This document shows positions 1 through 10,249 of a stretch of 34,855 nucleotides of DNA, piece after piece. Every line of letters begins with the position of its first letter. Position 1 is the stretch's first letter. The stretch is taken from assembly GCA_035947015.1 (NCBI GenBank), contig DASZKL010000277.1:1-34855 (forward strand). The letters run 5' to 3'. The position numbers and the translations under genes are program-made. Origin of the DNA: Rubrobacteraceae bacterium (lineage in GTDB: Bacteria; Actinomycetota; Rubrobacteria; Rubrobacterales; Rubrobacteraceae). The notes beneath the pieces were generated by a model. The model worked only from the letters and a program-made list of their open reading frames with translations. It was not told the DNA's origin and searched no databases.

Positions 1-87
1 GCCAAGGGCCAGCCTCTCCGGAAGGTGCACCGCGACGAGATCTTCGACGCCCTTTTCGAGGAGATAGAGCAGGATGGACGTAAGTAG
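1..87 (+). CDS. 3' end of an unidentified CDS (5' part outside the window)
   Basis: Frame 1 is open from base 1 to TAG 85-87 (..AKGQPLRKVHRDEIFDALFEEIEQDGRK*). 22 of 28 codons end in G/C, like the confident genes. It is too short to assign a family. Confidence 0.35.
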   Translation, partial: AKGQPLRKVHRDEIFDALFEEIEQDGRK

Positions 88-90
88 GCT

Positions 91-551
91 TCAGGCAAAG
101 TAGGCGTTCTCGAGCTCGTAGTCGAAGCCGCAAGCGCGGCGGGTGGCCTGGGGTTTCACCGTTCCTGAATACTGGAAGTGGGTTTTGCTCCTTCGAGTTC
201 TCGTGGCTCAGGCGGGACCGGGCGCGATCGCCGAGACCGGCACGAGCGCGACGCGCAGCGGCATCGGATCGCCTCCAAGGTTCTGAGATCCGAGAAGGCT
301 CGCTTCATCCGACGAACTGGCGTGAGGCGCTCAAGCACGGACCTTTTGCGCTGAACGTCGTGCACGTCGAAGCGAAAGCCGAGGGAGTCGCCGTAGCCGT
401 GGAGTACCTCGCTATCGGAGTAGCTGCCGGCCTCGACGACTTCGCTCGAGCAGACCTCTGGCTCGTGGAGCCGCGCGGCAAACCCGACAGGCGCGGATAG
501 CTGTGGCTCAACAATGCGAGACTTGCGGCGACATAAATCCTCACGACACAA
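91..551 (-). pseudogene. Possible decayed or frameshifted ORF (unknown family)
   Basis: The ORF-track frame (156-551) has very high GC3 only across about 330-480 (..FAARLHEPEVCSSEVVEAGSYSDSEVLHGYGDSLGFRFDVHDVQRKRSVLERLT..). Downstream, the high-GC3 signal moves to a second frame (..DPMPLRVALVPVSAIAPGPA*, stop 208-210), then to a third (VKPQATRRACGFDYELENAYFA*, stop 91-93). No single frame is coding-like throughout and no family was recognised. Confidence 0.3.
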
Positions 552-625
552 GAATGCGCCGCCGTCATCGCGACGAGGGGTTCCTGAGGCCTGAAACCCC
601 TAGCCTGCAGGCGAAGCCCGGCCCC

Positions 626-653
626 TTGTAACCTACATACTCTGCGATATAAT
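626..653 (+). promoter_or_regulatory. Sigma-70-type promoter of the rimP-nusA-infB operon
   Basis: TTGTAA (626-631), 16-nt spacer, TATAAT (648-653). The -10 lies inside the perfect inverted repeat CTGCGAT-ATA-ATCGCAG (642-658). Confidence 0.45.
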
Positions 654-671
654 CGCAGTTGCTGCACGAGA

Positions 672-704
672 GCAAGGGGTCTGCCAGGACCCGTTGCTTT
701 TTTT
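672..704 (+). terminator. Intrinsic-terminator-like hairpin plus T7 in the rimP leader (candidate attenuator)
   Basis: GCAAgGGGTC-tgccag-GACCCgTTGC (672-697; 9 bp with one G.G mismatch) is followed directly by TTTTTTT (698-704). It sits between the predicted promoter and the rimP start. Confidence 0.5.
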
Positions 705-718
705 ACGGTTTGGAGAAG

Positions 719-1174
719 GTGAGAGCGACGGCGAGGCTGGAGAGGTTGGCGCAGGTAGTAGAGGGCTCGCTCCCTGGGGGGACCGAGCTCGTGGAGGCCC
801 GTTTCTCGGCGGGTCCTGTGTTGACGCTGCTCGTAGACCGGGAGGACGGTCCGGTGGATCACGAGTTCTGCTCGCGCGTCGTCTCCGCCGTCTCGCCGGC
901 TCTCGAGGCCGAGGGGTATGACGGTTCCTTCGAGGTCTCGTCGCCGGGCATAGAGCGTCCGCTGACCAAGCCAGAGCACTTCCGGCGCTTCGTGGGGCGG
1001 GAGGCCAAGGTCCGCACCACAGACCCCGTGGAGGGGCGCCGGAACTTCACCGGCATCATAGAGCGGGCCGGTCAAAGAGAATTCGTACTAAAACTCTTAG
1101 AGGGGGGAGGAGAGGTGGAGCTGCCGTTCGGCTCCGTCTCTCGCGCGCACCTCAAGGAGGACATATACAGATGA
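719..1174 (+). CDS. rimP: Ribosome maturation factor RimP
   Basis: RimP-like sequence (..EGYDGSFEVSSPGIERPLTKPEHFRRFVGREAKV..). The stop overlaps the nusA ATG (ATGA at 1171-1174). The ORF-track start TTG 659 is 6 nt after the -10 and upstream of the terminator hairpin, so GTG 719 (or TTG 710) is preferred. The start remains uncertain. Confidence 0.85.
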   Translation: MRATARLERLAQVVEGSLPGGTELVEARFSAGPVLTLLVDREDGPVDHEFCSRVVSAVSPALEAEGYDGSFEVSSPGIERPLTKPEHFRRFVGREAKVRTTDPVEGRRNFTGIIERAGQREFVLKLLEGGGEVELPFGSVSRAHLKEDIYR

Positions 1175-2307
1175 ATACTGCATTGTTGTCAGCGCTGCAC
1201 GAGATAGAGACGGACAAGGGCATCCCTTTCGAGACGGTGAAGGGGGTGCTCGAGGAGTCCCTGCTCGCGGCCTACGAGAATAGGGAGGAGGCTGTCGAGG
1301 GCGCCGTGGTCGTCCTGGACCGGGAGACTGGCGACCTCAGGGTGATGAAGGACGGCGAGGATGTAACCCCCGACGACTTCACCCGCATAGCCGCCCAGGT
1401 AATGCGCCAGACTTTCTACCAGCGCCTCAACGAGGTGCACAGCGCGCAGCTCCTCGAGGAGTACGGCGGGCGCATGGGCGAGGTCGTCACCGGCATCGTC
1501 CAGCAGGCACACCGGCGGATGACGCTCGTGGATCTAGGGAGGGTCGAGGCGCTCTTGCCGGCCAGCGAGCAGGTTCCCAACGAGCGCTACGAAAACGGCC
1601 AGCGGCTCAAGGTGTACATTCTGGAGATTCGGGAGGCCGGCCGGGGCCCGAGCTTGACGGTGAGCCGCCGTCACGAGGGCCTGCTGCGGGAGCTCTTCAA
1701 GCTGGAGGTGCCGGAGATCTACGACGGGCTCGTCGAGATCAAGGCCGTGGCGCGCGAGGCGGGTCTGCGCTCGAAGGTCGCCGTGTGGTCGAACGAGTCG
1801 GGGATAGACCCGGTTGGGGCGTGCGTCGGTCCCCGGGGCAGCCGCGTGCGAGCGGTAGTATCCGAGCTCCGGAACGAGAAGATAGACATTATTCAGTGGG
1901 ACCCGGAACCAGCACGCTTTATCGCGAAGGCGCTGAGTCCCGCGCGCGTGCGCGAGGTCTACCTGGATGAGGACGAGCGGCAGGCCGAGGTCATCGTGCC
2001 CGACGACCAGTTGTCGCTGGCTATCGGCCGCGAGGGTCAGAACGCTCGCCTCGCCGTCAAGCTGACCGACTGGAAGATAGACATAAAGCCCGAGAGCCAG
2101 GCCGTAGAATACGAGGATGAGGAGGAGGATTGGGAGCCCGACGAGGACTCGTCGATGCACCGCTGCCGCGCCGTCCTCTCCAATGGCCGGCGGTGTGCGA
2201 ACATGGCGCTCTCCGGCTCTCTCTTCTGTGGCATCCCCTCGCACCAGGCGCAGGCTGCGCAGTTCGAGGGCATGGTGGAGGGCCAGCAGGGGGTAACGGA
2301 TGAGTAA
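1171..2307 (+). CDS. nusA: Transcription termination/antitermination factor NusA with an atypical Cys/His C-terminal tail
   Basis: NusA N-terminal, S1 and two KH regions (..GEVVTGIVQ.., ..GIDPVGACVGPRGSRV.., ..LSLAIGREGQNARLAVKLTDWKIDI..). Lies between rimP and infB. Tail motif is H-x-C-x9-C-x10-C-x4-H. Confidence 0.95.
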   Translation: MNTALLSALHEIETDKGIPFETVKGVLEESLLAAYENREEAVEGAVVVLDRETGDLRVMKDGEDVTPDDFTRIAAQVMRQTFYQRLNEVHSAQLLEEYGGRMGEVVTGIVQQAHRRMTLVDLGRVEALLPASEQVPNERYENGQRLKVYILEIREAGRGPSLTVSRRHEGLLRELFKLEVPEIYDGLVEIKAVAREAGLRSKVAVWSNESGIDPVGACVGPRGSRVRAVVSELRNEKIDIIQWDPEPARFIAKALSPARVREVYLDEDERQAEVIVPDDQLSLAIGREGQNARLAVKLTDWKIDIKPESQAVEYEDEEEDWEPDEDSSMHRCRAVLSNGRRCANMALSGSLFCGIPSHQAQAAQFEGMVEGQQGVTDE

Positions 2308-4450
2308 GCGTGTTTACGAGATAGCAAGAGAGCTGGATCTAGATACAAAAGAGGTGATCGGCCGCCTCAACGAGGCCGGCGTACAGGTAAAGCACCACTC
2401 CGCATCGGTAGAAGACCCGGTCTACGAGAGGGTATTCGGGGATGGGACCGACGGGCAGAACGGCCGGACGGAGGCTCAGGAGGCCGAGGCTAGGGAGGCT
2501 CGCAACGAGGCCGAGCGCTCGGGGCACGGCGCCACCATAGCGGCAGCCCCTGCGGAGGAACCCGTGAGCACGCCGGAGAAAAAGGAGAAGAAGCGGCGTC
2601 GGGTAGTCATAGACGCCAGCGCCACAAGTCGGACCCCCCGCCCGACGGTCGCTCCGGCTGCCCCCAAGGAGCCAGAGAAGGCCCCGGTCGAGGAGAAGCC
2701 GGTGGAGAAGGGCGGGGTGCGCGTTGAACCCGGGGCTTCGGTCAAGGACCTCGGCGACGCTCTGGGCGTTCCTCCCACCCAGATCATCAAGGTGCTCATG
2801 TCTCTTGGTGAGATGAAGACCCTCACCCAGACGCTCTCGGCCGAGGAGATAGAGCTCGTCGCCGAGGAGCTCGAGGTGGAGGTCGAGATCGGGGCCGTGG
2901 AGGAGCCCGCGCCGGAGGAGGTCGCACCGGACGACAGGCCAGAGGATCTCGTCGAGAAGCCTCCGGTTGTCACCGTCATGGGGCACGTTGACCACGGGAA
3001 GACGAGCCTTCTGGATCGCATCCGCAGCGCGAACGTCCAGTCTGGGGAGGCCGGGGGTATCACGCAGCACATCGGGGCGTACCAGGTCGGGAGCGGCGGG
3101 AAGAAGATAACCTTCATCGACACGCCGGGCCACGAGGCGTTCACCGAGATGCGCGCCCGCGGGGCGAAGGTGACGGACATAGTAGTCCTAGTCGTCGCCG
3201 CCGACGACGGCGTCATGCCACAGACCCTGGAGGCCATAGAGCACGCCCGGGCCGCGGGCGTGCCCATAGTGGTCGCCATCAACAAGATCGACATCCCGAA
3301 TGCCAACCAGGACAGGGTTATGGGAGAACTCGCCGAGCAGGGTCTCACCCCTGAGGCGTGGGGCGGCGAGACGGTTTCGGTGCCGGTCTCGGCCAAGACC
3401 GGGGAGGGGATCGACGAGCTGCTCGAGAACATCCTCGTCGTGGCAGAGCTCGAGGATCTCAAGGCCAACCCACAGGCGCCCGCGAACGGGTACGTGATCG
3501 AGGGCGAGCGCGACCCTGGCCGCGGGCCCGTGGCGACGCTTCTGTTGAACAGGGGCACTCTCCACAAAGGCGACGCTGTGCTCGCCGGCACAGCCTACGG
3601 CCGGGTACGGGCGATGCTCAACTACACGGGTACGCGCGTTACGGACGCCGGGCCGGGTAGCCCCGTGGAGATCCTTGGCCTCTCGGGGGTCCCCGAGGCC
3701 GGAACCCGCTTCGAGGCCGTCGACCACGAGCGGATCGCACGTGATCGGGCGCAGCAGGCAGAGGCCGCTATGAGGCGCCAGGAGCTCGCCCAGCAGGGAG
3801 GAACGCGCCGGACGCTCGAGGAGCTCCTCGGCGAGGGCGGCACGCAGGACCTCAACCTCGTCGTCAAGGCGGACGTGGCCGGCTCGGTCGAGGCGCTCAA
3901 GGAGGCTCTCGCCAGGCTCTCCACCGGAGAGGTGCGGGTCAACGTCGTAAGGAGCGGAGTCGGCGCTATCGCCGACTCCGACGTCATGCTCGCCTCGGCG
4001 AGCGACGGGATCCTTCTCGGCTTCAACGTCAGGCCTACGAACAATGCCAAGCAGGTCGCCGAGAGGGAGGGCGTGGAGATCCGGACCTATGACGTGATCT
4101 ACAAGGCCCTCGAAGAGATCGAGGCCGCCATGCGGGGAATGCTCGCCCCCGAGACCGCAGAGAGAGAGACGGGAACTGCCGAGGTGCGCGCGACTTTCCG
4201 CGTGCCCGGCACTGGCACGGTAGCGGGCTGCTACGTCACCGGCGGCGAGATCTCGCGCAACGACCGCGTACGCATAGTACGCGACGGGGTCGTTGTCTAC
4301 GAGGGCAACATCTCCTCCCTCAAGCGCTTCAAGGACGATGTCCGTTCGGTTCGCGAGGGCTTCGAGTGTGGTGTCGGCATCGAGAACTTCAACGACGTGA
4401 AGGAGGGCGACGTTTTGGAGTTCTTCGAGGTCGTCGAGGTCCCCAGGTAG
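2300..4450 (+). CDS. infB: Translation initiation factor IF-2
   Basis: IF2 N-domain ([13 protein letters not shown]..) and GTPase motifs [24 protein letters not shown]. The ATG overlaps the nusA stop by 8 nt. Confidence 0.97.
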   Translation: MSKRVYEIARELDLDTKEVIGRLNEAGVQVKHHSASVEDPVYERVFGDGTDGQNGRTEAQEAEAREARNEAERSGHGATIAAAPAEEPVSTPEKKEKKRRRVVIDASATSRTPRPTVAPAAPKEPEKAPVEEKPVEKGGVRVEPGASVKDLGDALGVPPTQIIKVLMSLGEMKTLTQTLSAEEIELVAEELEVEVEIGAVEEPAPEEVAPDDRPEDLVEKPPVVTVMGHVDHGKTSLLDRIRSANVQSGEAGGITQHIGAYQVGSGGKKITFIDTPGHEAFTEMRARGAKVTDIVVLVVAADDGVMPQTLEAIEHARAAGVPIVVAINKIDIPNANQDRVMGELAEQGLTPEAWGGETVSVPVSAKTGEGIDELLENILVVAELEDLKANPQAPANGYVIEGERDPGRGPVATLLLNRGTLHKGDAVLAGTAYGRVRAMLNYTGTRVTDAGPGSPVEILGLSGVPEAGTRFEAVDHERIARDRAQQAEAAMRRQELAQQGGTRRTLEELLGEGGTQDLNLVVKADVAGSVEALKEALARLSTGEVRVNVVRSGVGAIADSDVMLASASDGILLGFNVRPTNNAKQVAEREGVEIRTYDVIYKALEEIEAAMRGMLAPETAERETGTAEVRATFRVPGTGTVAGCYVTGGEISRNDRVRIVRDGVVVYEGNISSLKRFKDDVRSVREGFECGVGIENFNDVKEGDVLEFFEVVEVPR

Positions 4451-4465
4451 CACTAGAGAGCCTTT

Positions 4466-4747
4466 TTGTTCTGCGCCGTTAGGCTGGAGCTGGAGCTCCC
4501 CTTCGCCTCCAGCTTGAAGGAAAAACGCCAGACGCTCCGCTCCATAAAGGATAGGCTGCGCCGCAAGAACGTCTCCGTTGTGGAGACGGACAACCAGGAC
4601 CGCTGGCAGCGCGCGACGGTGGAGCTGGCCGTGGCGGCGGTCTCGTTGAGCGCCGCAGAGGAGAAGCGCGAGGAGATCCGGCGCGCCCTTCTCAACTACG
4701 AGGAACTGGCGATCGTGGAGTGGCGCGAGGAGTTCGTAAAGCTGTGA
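4466..4747 (+). CDS. DUF503 (YlxP-like) family protein
   Basis: ..LELELPFASSLKEKRQTLRSIKDRLRRKNVSVVETDNQDRWQRA.. matches the DUF503 pattern as I recall it. It occupies the usual slot between infB and rbfA. TTG start. Confidence 0.8.
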   Translation: MFCAVRLELELPFASSLKEKRQTLRSIKDRLRRKNVSVVETDNQDRWQRATVELAVAAVSLSAAEEKREEIRRALLNYEELAIVEWREEFVKL

Positions 4748-5100
4748 GCGGGCGTGCGCGCAGGGTGGAGTCCCAGATGCTCGAGATCGTCGGTGAGGAG
4801 GTCACAACGCTCTCTGACCCGAGGATCCAGGGGCTCGTCACGATTACCGGCATTCGCGTGAGCCCTGACCTCGCGAACGCGACGGTCTTCTACAGCGTCC
4901 TCTCGAGGGGTAGCGCCGCGGAGGCTCGGGCAGGCCTGCAGAGCGCGGCCGGACGCATCCAGGCCGCTGTCGGGGCGCAGACCCGCCTGAAGCGGACGCC
5001 CCGGCTCCGCTTCGAGCCGGACCCGGTCGTGGAGCAGGCAACCAGGATAGAGAGCGCTCTGAGGGAGGTAAGATCGGATGACGACGCGCACGAGGAATAA
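4744..5100 (+). CDS. rbfA: Ribosome-binding factor A
   Basis: ..RARRVESQMLEIVGEEV.., ..LKRTPRLRFEPD.. GTG 4744 overlaps the DUF503 stop (GTGA). The ORF-track start at 4720 would lie inside the upstream gene. Confidence 0.9.
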   Translation: MSGRARRVESQMLEIVGEEVTTLSDPRIQGLVTITGIRVSPDLANATVFYSVLSRGSAAEARAGLQSAAGRIQAAVGAQTRLKRTPRLRFEPDPVVEQATRIESALREVRSDDDAHEE

Positions 5101-6043
5101 CACAACGCGCGAGGTTGCGGTGTTCTTGAAGACGCTGGACCGCGTCGCGGTCACGACGCACGTTGGCGCGGACGGGGACGCCATAGGTGCCTCGGCGGCG
5201 CTCGTTAGCCTGATGCGCGCTCTGGGTGCAGCGGCGATCTTCTGCCACGCAGAAGAGGTGCCGAACTACCTAAGGTGGCTCTTGCCAGACGAGTCCTTCC
5301 GCGAGCTTCCCGAAGGCTACGATCTCCTCGTCGTGGACACCTCGAGGGCCGATAGGACGGGGGTACCGATCCCAAAGTCCGGGGCGCGCCTCAACCTCGA
5401 CCACCACGAGGACAACCCGCTCTACGCCGAGTTCAACCTGGTAAACGCTCGCGCCGCGGCGAGCGCGGAGATCGTCGCCGACCTCTACGCCGAGCTTGAC
5501 ATCCCACTCGATAAGTACGCCGCCGAGGCGCTCTACGCCGGCATCAGGACCGACACGGGCGACTTCCGCTTCAGGAACATCTCCCCAAGGGCGCACGAGC
5601 TCGTCGCCGACCTTCTGCGAGCCGGCGTGGTCCCGGCAGAGGTGCACGAGCGGATCAACCGCCGCGGGAGCATCGAACAATTGAACATCGTGGGTGTCTC
5701 TCTGGCGAACGCCCGCCGCTACGGGGAAGCGCTCATCTCTACCGTCGACAACGACGACTACGCGCGCACCGGGGCCACCGAGCTAGACTCCAAGGAGGCC
5801 ATAGACCAGCTACGCGCCGTCGCCGGCGTCGACGTGGTGGCGCACCTGCGCGAGGTGCCCGAGGGCACCAAGGGATCGCTGCGCTCCGAGACGGTAGACG
5901 TGGGTGAGATCGCACGCCTCTTCGGCGGCGGCGGGCACAAGCTGGCCGCTGGCTACACGAGGCGCGGCATGCGACCCCACGAAGCAAAGGAGGAGCTGCT
6001 GGGAATCCTCGCCGACCGCCTGGATCTCGGGGGAGCGCGATAA
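5078..6043 (+). CDS. nrnA: DHH-family phosphoesterase (NrnA-like oligoribonuclease / pAp phosphatase)
   Basis: DHH motifs HVGADGDAIGAS and LNLDHHEDN, plus DHHA1 motif GGGHKLAAG. This is the usual position after rbfA. Confidence 0.85.
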   Translation: MTTRTRNNTTREVAVFLKTLDRVAVTTHVGADGDAIGASAALVSLMRALGAAAIFCHAEEVPNYLRWLLPDESFRELPEGYDLLVVDTSRADRTGVPIPKSGARLNLDHHEDNPLYAEFNLVNARAAASAEIVADLYAELDIPLDKYAAEALYAGIRTDTGDFRFRNISPRAHELVADLLRAGVVPAEVHERINRRGSIEQLNIVGVSLANARRYGEALISTVDNDDYARTGATELDSKEAIDQLRAVAGVDVVAHLREVPEGTKGSLRSETVDVGEIARLFGGGGHKLAAGYTRRGMRPHEAKEELLGILADRLDLGGAR

Positions 6044-6918
6044 CCGAGCGCGCCCCAATAGGCGCCCTTCTCCTCGACAAGCCGCCAGGTATCACGAGTG
6101 CGCGCGCGGTCTCGAAGGTCAAACGCCTCCTCCCGAAGAAGACCAAGGTTGGGCACACCGGCACCCTCGACCCTATGGCCTCGGGGCTCATGGTGATCCT
6201 GATCGGCCGCACAACCCGCCTCTCCCGCTACCTCACCGCCCTGCGCAAGGTCTACACCGCTACCGCCCGTTTCGGCGCCGTCTCCGACACGCTTGACGCC
6301 GAGGGCAACATAACCCGCATCGACACCCGGATGCCCGACGAGGGCGACCTGCGGGCCGCCCTTGGGGAATTTACAGGCGACATCCGCCAGGTTCCGCCGA
6401 TGGCCTCCGCCCTCAAACGCGAAGGCACCCGCCTCTACGAGCTCCACCGTCGCGGCGTGAGCGTTGAGCGCGAAGCTCGTCAGGTGGTCGTCCACTCCCT
6501 GACGCTCGTCGGGACCGACCCGGCGGCGCGGAGCGCCACCTTCGAGGTCTCCTGCAGCAGCGGAACCTACGTCAGAACCCTCATCTCCGACATCGCAGAG
6601 CACCTGGGTACCGGCGCCTACCTCACCGCCCTGCGCCGCACCCGGGTCGGCCACCTGAGCGTCGGGGAGGCCGTCGAACCCGATAAACTAGCCCGAGCCG
6701 GCATTCGTAACCGCATAATACACGCAAACGTGGTGATCTCGCACCTACCTGCGGTGGAAGTGGATGAGGAGGGAGCCCTGGCGGTGCGCAGCGGTAGGGT
6801 GCTCCATGTGGGTAGGATAGAGGGCAGTTTTCGGGTTGAGCGGGAGGGAGAGTTGCTCGCCGTGTACAGGGGTGCTGGCGAGGCGGCGAAGGCTGAGGTC
6901 GTGTTGTGCGGGGGGTAG
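6040..6918 (+). CDS. truB: tRNA pseudouridine-55 synthase TruB (start codon non-canonical or uncertain)
   Basis: ..GALLLDKPPGITSARAVSKVKRLLPKKTKVGHTGTLDPMASGLMVIL.. The catalytic GTLDP Asp is encoded upstream of the first ATG/GTG/TTG (6175). The frame is open from 5908 but holds only ATA codons (6040, 6058) as table-11 initiators. GGGGGAG (6029-6035) precedes ATA 6040, which overlaps the nrnA stop (ATAA). Confidence 0.85.
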   Translation: MTERAPIGALLLDKPPGITSARAVSKVKRLLPKKTKVGHTGTLDPMASGLMVILIGRTTRLSRYLTALRKVYTATARFGAVSDTLDAEGNITRIDTRMPDEGDLRAALGEFTGDIRQVPPMASALKREGTRLYELHRRGVSVEREARQVVVHSLTLVGTDPAARSATFEVSCSSGTYVRTLISDIAEHLGTGAYLTALRRTRVGHLSVGEAVEPDKLARAGIRNRIIHANVVISHLPAVEVDEEGALAVRSGRVLHVGRIEGSFRVEREGELLAVYRGAGEAAKAEVVLCGG

Positions 6919-7802
6919 TGGTGGCTCTGGGCAACTTCGACGGGGTACACCTCGGGCATCAGGCGGTCATGCGGCGTGCGGTGGAAGAGGGGAGGAGGAG
7001 AGGAGCGAGGGTCGTGGCGGCGACCTTTGATCCCCACCCGCGAGCGATCTTGGGGCCGCGGGTGCAGCCCAAGCTCCTCACGACGCTCGAGTTGCGGCGG
7101 GAGGCTCTGCTGCGCTACGGCGCGGACGAGGTAAGGGTCATACGCTTCGACCAAGAGCTCTCCAAAAAGAGCCCTAAGGAGTTCGTCGGGGACGTGCTCG
7201 TGGGCGAGATCGGGGCGGAGGCCGTAGTGGTCGGGGAGAACTTCCGGTTCGGGCACAGAGCTGCCGGTGACGTAGCGGAGCTGGAGCGGCTCATGCGCTC
7301 CTACGGTGCGGAGGTCTTCGCGGTCGCGGTCGAGGACGAGGCGGGGAAGGGGGGGATCAGCTCGACGCGCATCCGGGAGCTCGTCGCGCAGGGCGAGGTA
7401 GGTCTGGCCGCGAGCCTCCTGGGGAGGCCGTACGTTCTCAGGGGTGAGGTGGCGGTCGGCGACCGGCGGGGGAGGATTCTAGGCTTCCCGACAGCGAACG
7501 TGGTGCCGGATCAGGCCGTCGTCGTACCCGCCCGGGGCGTGTACGCGGGGTTCGTGCGCGTGGGGAAGGCCCTCTACCCGGCTTGCACCAACGTCGGACT
7601 GGCCCCGACCTTCGAGCGCGGCGAGAGCCGCGTCGAGGCCTACCTCATCGACTTCGAGGGAGACCTCTACGGGCGTGTGGTGGACGTCAGCTTCGTGCGT
7701 AGGATAAGGCCAGAGAAGAGGTTTTCGGGCGTGGAAGAACTCAAAGAACAGATAGCGCGGGATGTGGAAGCGGCCCGGAGAATAACGAAAGATACGATTT
7801 GA
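6906..7802 (+). CDS. ribF: Bifunctional riboflavin kinase / FMN adenylyltransferase
   Basis: ..ALGNFDGVHLGHQ.., ..GENFRFG.., ..GFPTANV.., ..RVEAYLIDFEGDLYG.. GTG start overlaps the truB 3' end. Confidence 0.93.
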   Translation: MRGVVVALGNFDGVHLGHQAVMRRAVEEGRRRGARVVAATFDPHPRAILGPRVQPKLLTTLELRREALLRYGADEVRVIRFDQELSKKSPKEFVGDVLVGEIGAEAVVVGENFRFGHRAAGDVAELERLMRSYGAEVFAVAVEDEAGKGGISSTRIRELVAQGEVGLAASLLGRPYVLRGEVAVGDRRGRILGFPTANVVPDQAVVVPARGVYAGFVRVGKALYPACTNVGLAPTFERGESRVEAYLIDFEGDLYGRVVDVSFVRRIRPEKRFSGVEELKEQIARDVEAARRITKDTI

Positions 7803-7865
7803 TGCATGTGGTAGCATATAGCGTTGAATAGGTTGAGATAGAGAGAAAAAGAGGAGAAAAAGAAG

Positions 7866-8132
7866 TTGGCGGTAGTTGAGAACAAAGAGGAGCTAATACA
7901 GGAGCACCGGACGCACGATGGCGATACGGGATCGCCGGAGGTGCAGGTTGCGGTGCTTACGCGGCGCATAGCGCATCTCACTGAGCATCTGCGCGAGCAC
8001 AAGCACGATTACCACTCGCGGCAGGGCCTGCTCAAGATGGTCGGCAGGCGCCGTCGGCTGCTCAAGTACCTGCAGAAGAAAGACGTCGAGCGCTACAGGG
8101 CGCTAATCGCCAAGCTCGGCCTGCGCCGTTAA
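7866..8132 (+). CDS. rpsO: 30S ribosomal protein S15
   Basis: ..[48 protein letters not shown].. TTG start preceded by a purine-rich GAGGAG leader. Confidence 0.95.
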   Translation: MAVVENKEELIQEHRTHDGDTGSPEVQVAVLTRRIAHLTEHLREHKHDYHSRQGLLKMVGRRRRLLKYLQKKDVERYRALIAKLGLRR

Positions 8133-8188
8133 GTACCGGTAGCACGGTTCGGGCGAGAAATTCGAGAAGCAAGAGGAGAGAAAAGAAT

Positions 8189-10245
<2,057 letters not shown>

Positions 10246-10249
<4 letters not shown>

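Noticed and set aside
88-130. The hairpin GGCTTC...GAAGCC, with an internal CGAGCTCG palindrome, as a terminator for the first partial CDS.
   Set aside because: It has only 6-bp outer arms with a long, poorly paired interior and no T-tract. It also overlaps the coding-like minus-strand segment ending at 91.
659-718. ORF-track upstream starts: rimP 659, rbfA 4720, RodZ-like 15539, miaA 22032, reductase 24190, der 33156 and recombinase 26748.
   Set aside because: These are simply the first ATG/GTG/TTG after a stop. They overlap the preceding gene or regulatory elements and add non-conserved, Arg-rich extensions. Downstream starts that overlap the previous stop codon or follow a Shine-Dalgarno fit the family N-termini better.
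3188-4453. Long antisense ORFs opposite confident genes. Examples: 3188-4453(-), 2476-3591(-), 305-1075(-), 19179-20225(-), 26684-27946(+), 28756-29895(+), 33504-34661(+), 10882-11646(-), 18431-19165(-).
   Set aside because: Each lies entirely opposite a gene with unambiguous family motifs. Their translations are Arg/Pro/Gly/Ser-rich with no recognisable domains. Such shadow ORFs are expected in 65-70% GC DNA, where stop codons are rare.
7799-7830. A promoter for rpsO: TTGATG at 7799-7804, with CATATA or TATAGC downstream.
   Set aside because: The spacer is only about 10-12 nt. No acceptable -35/-10 pair was found.
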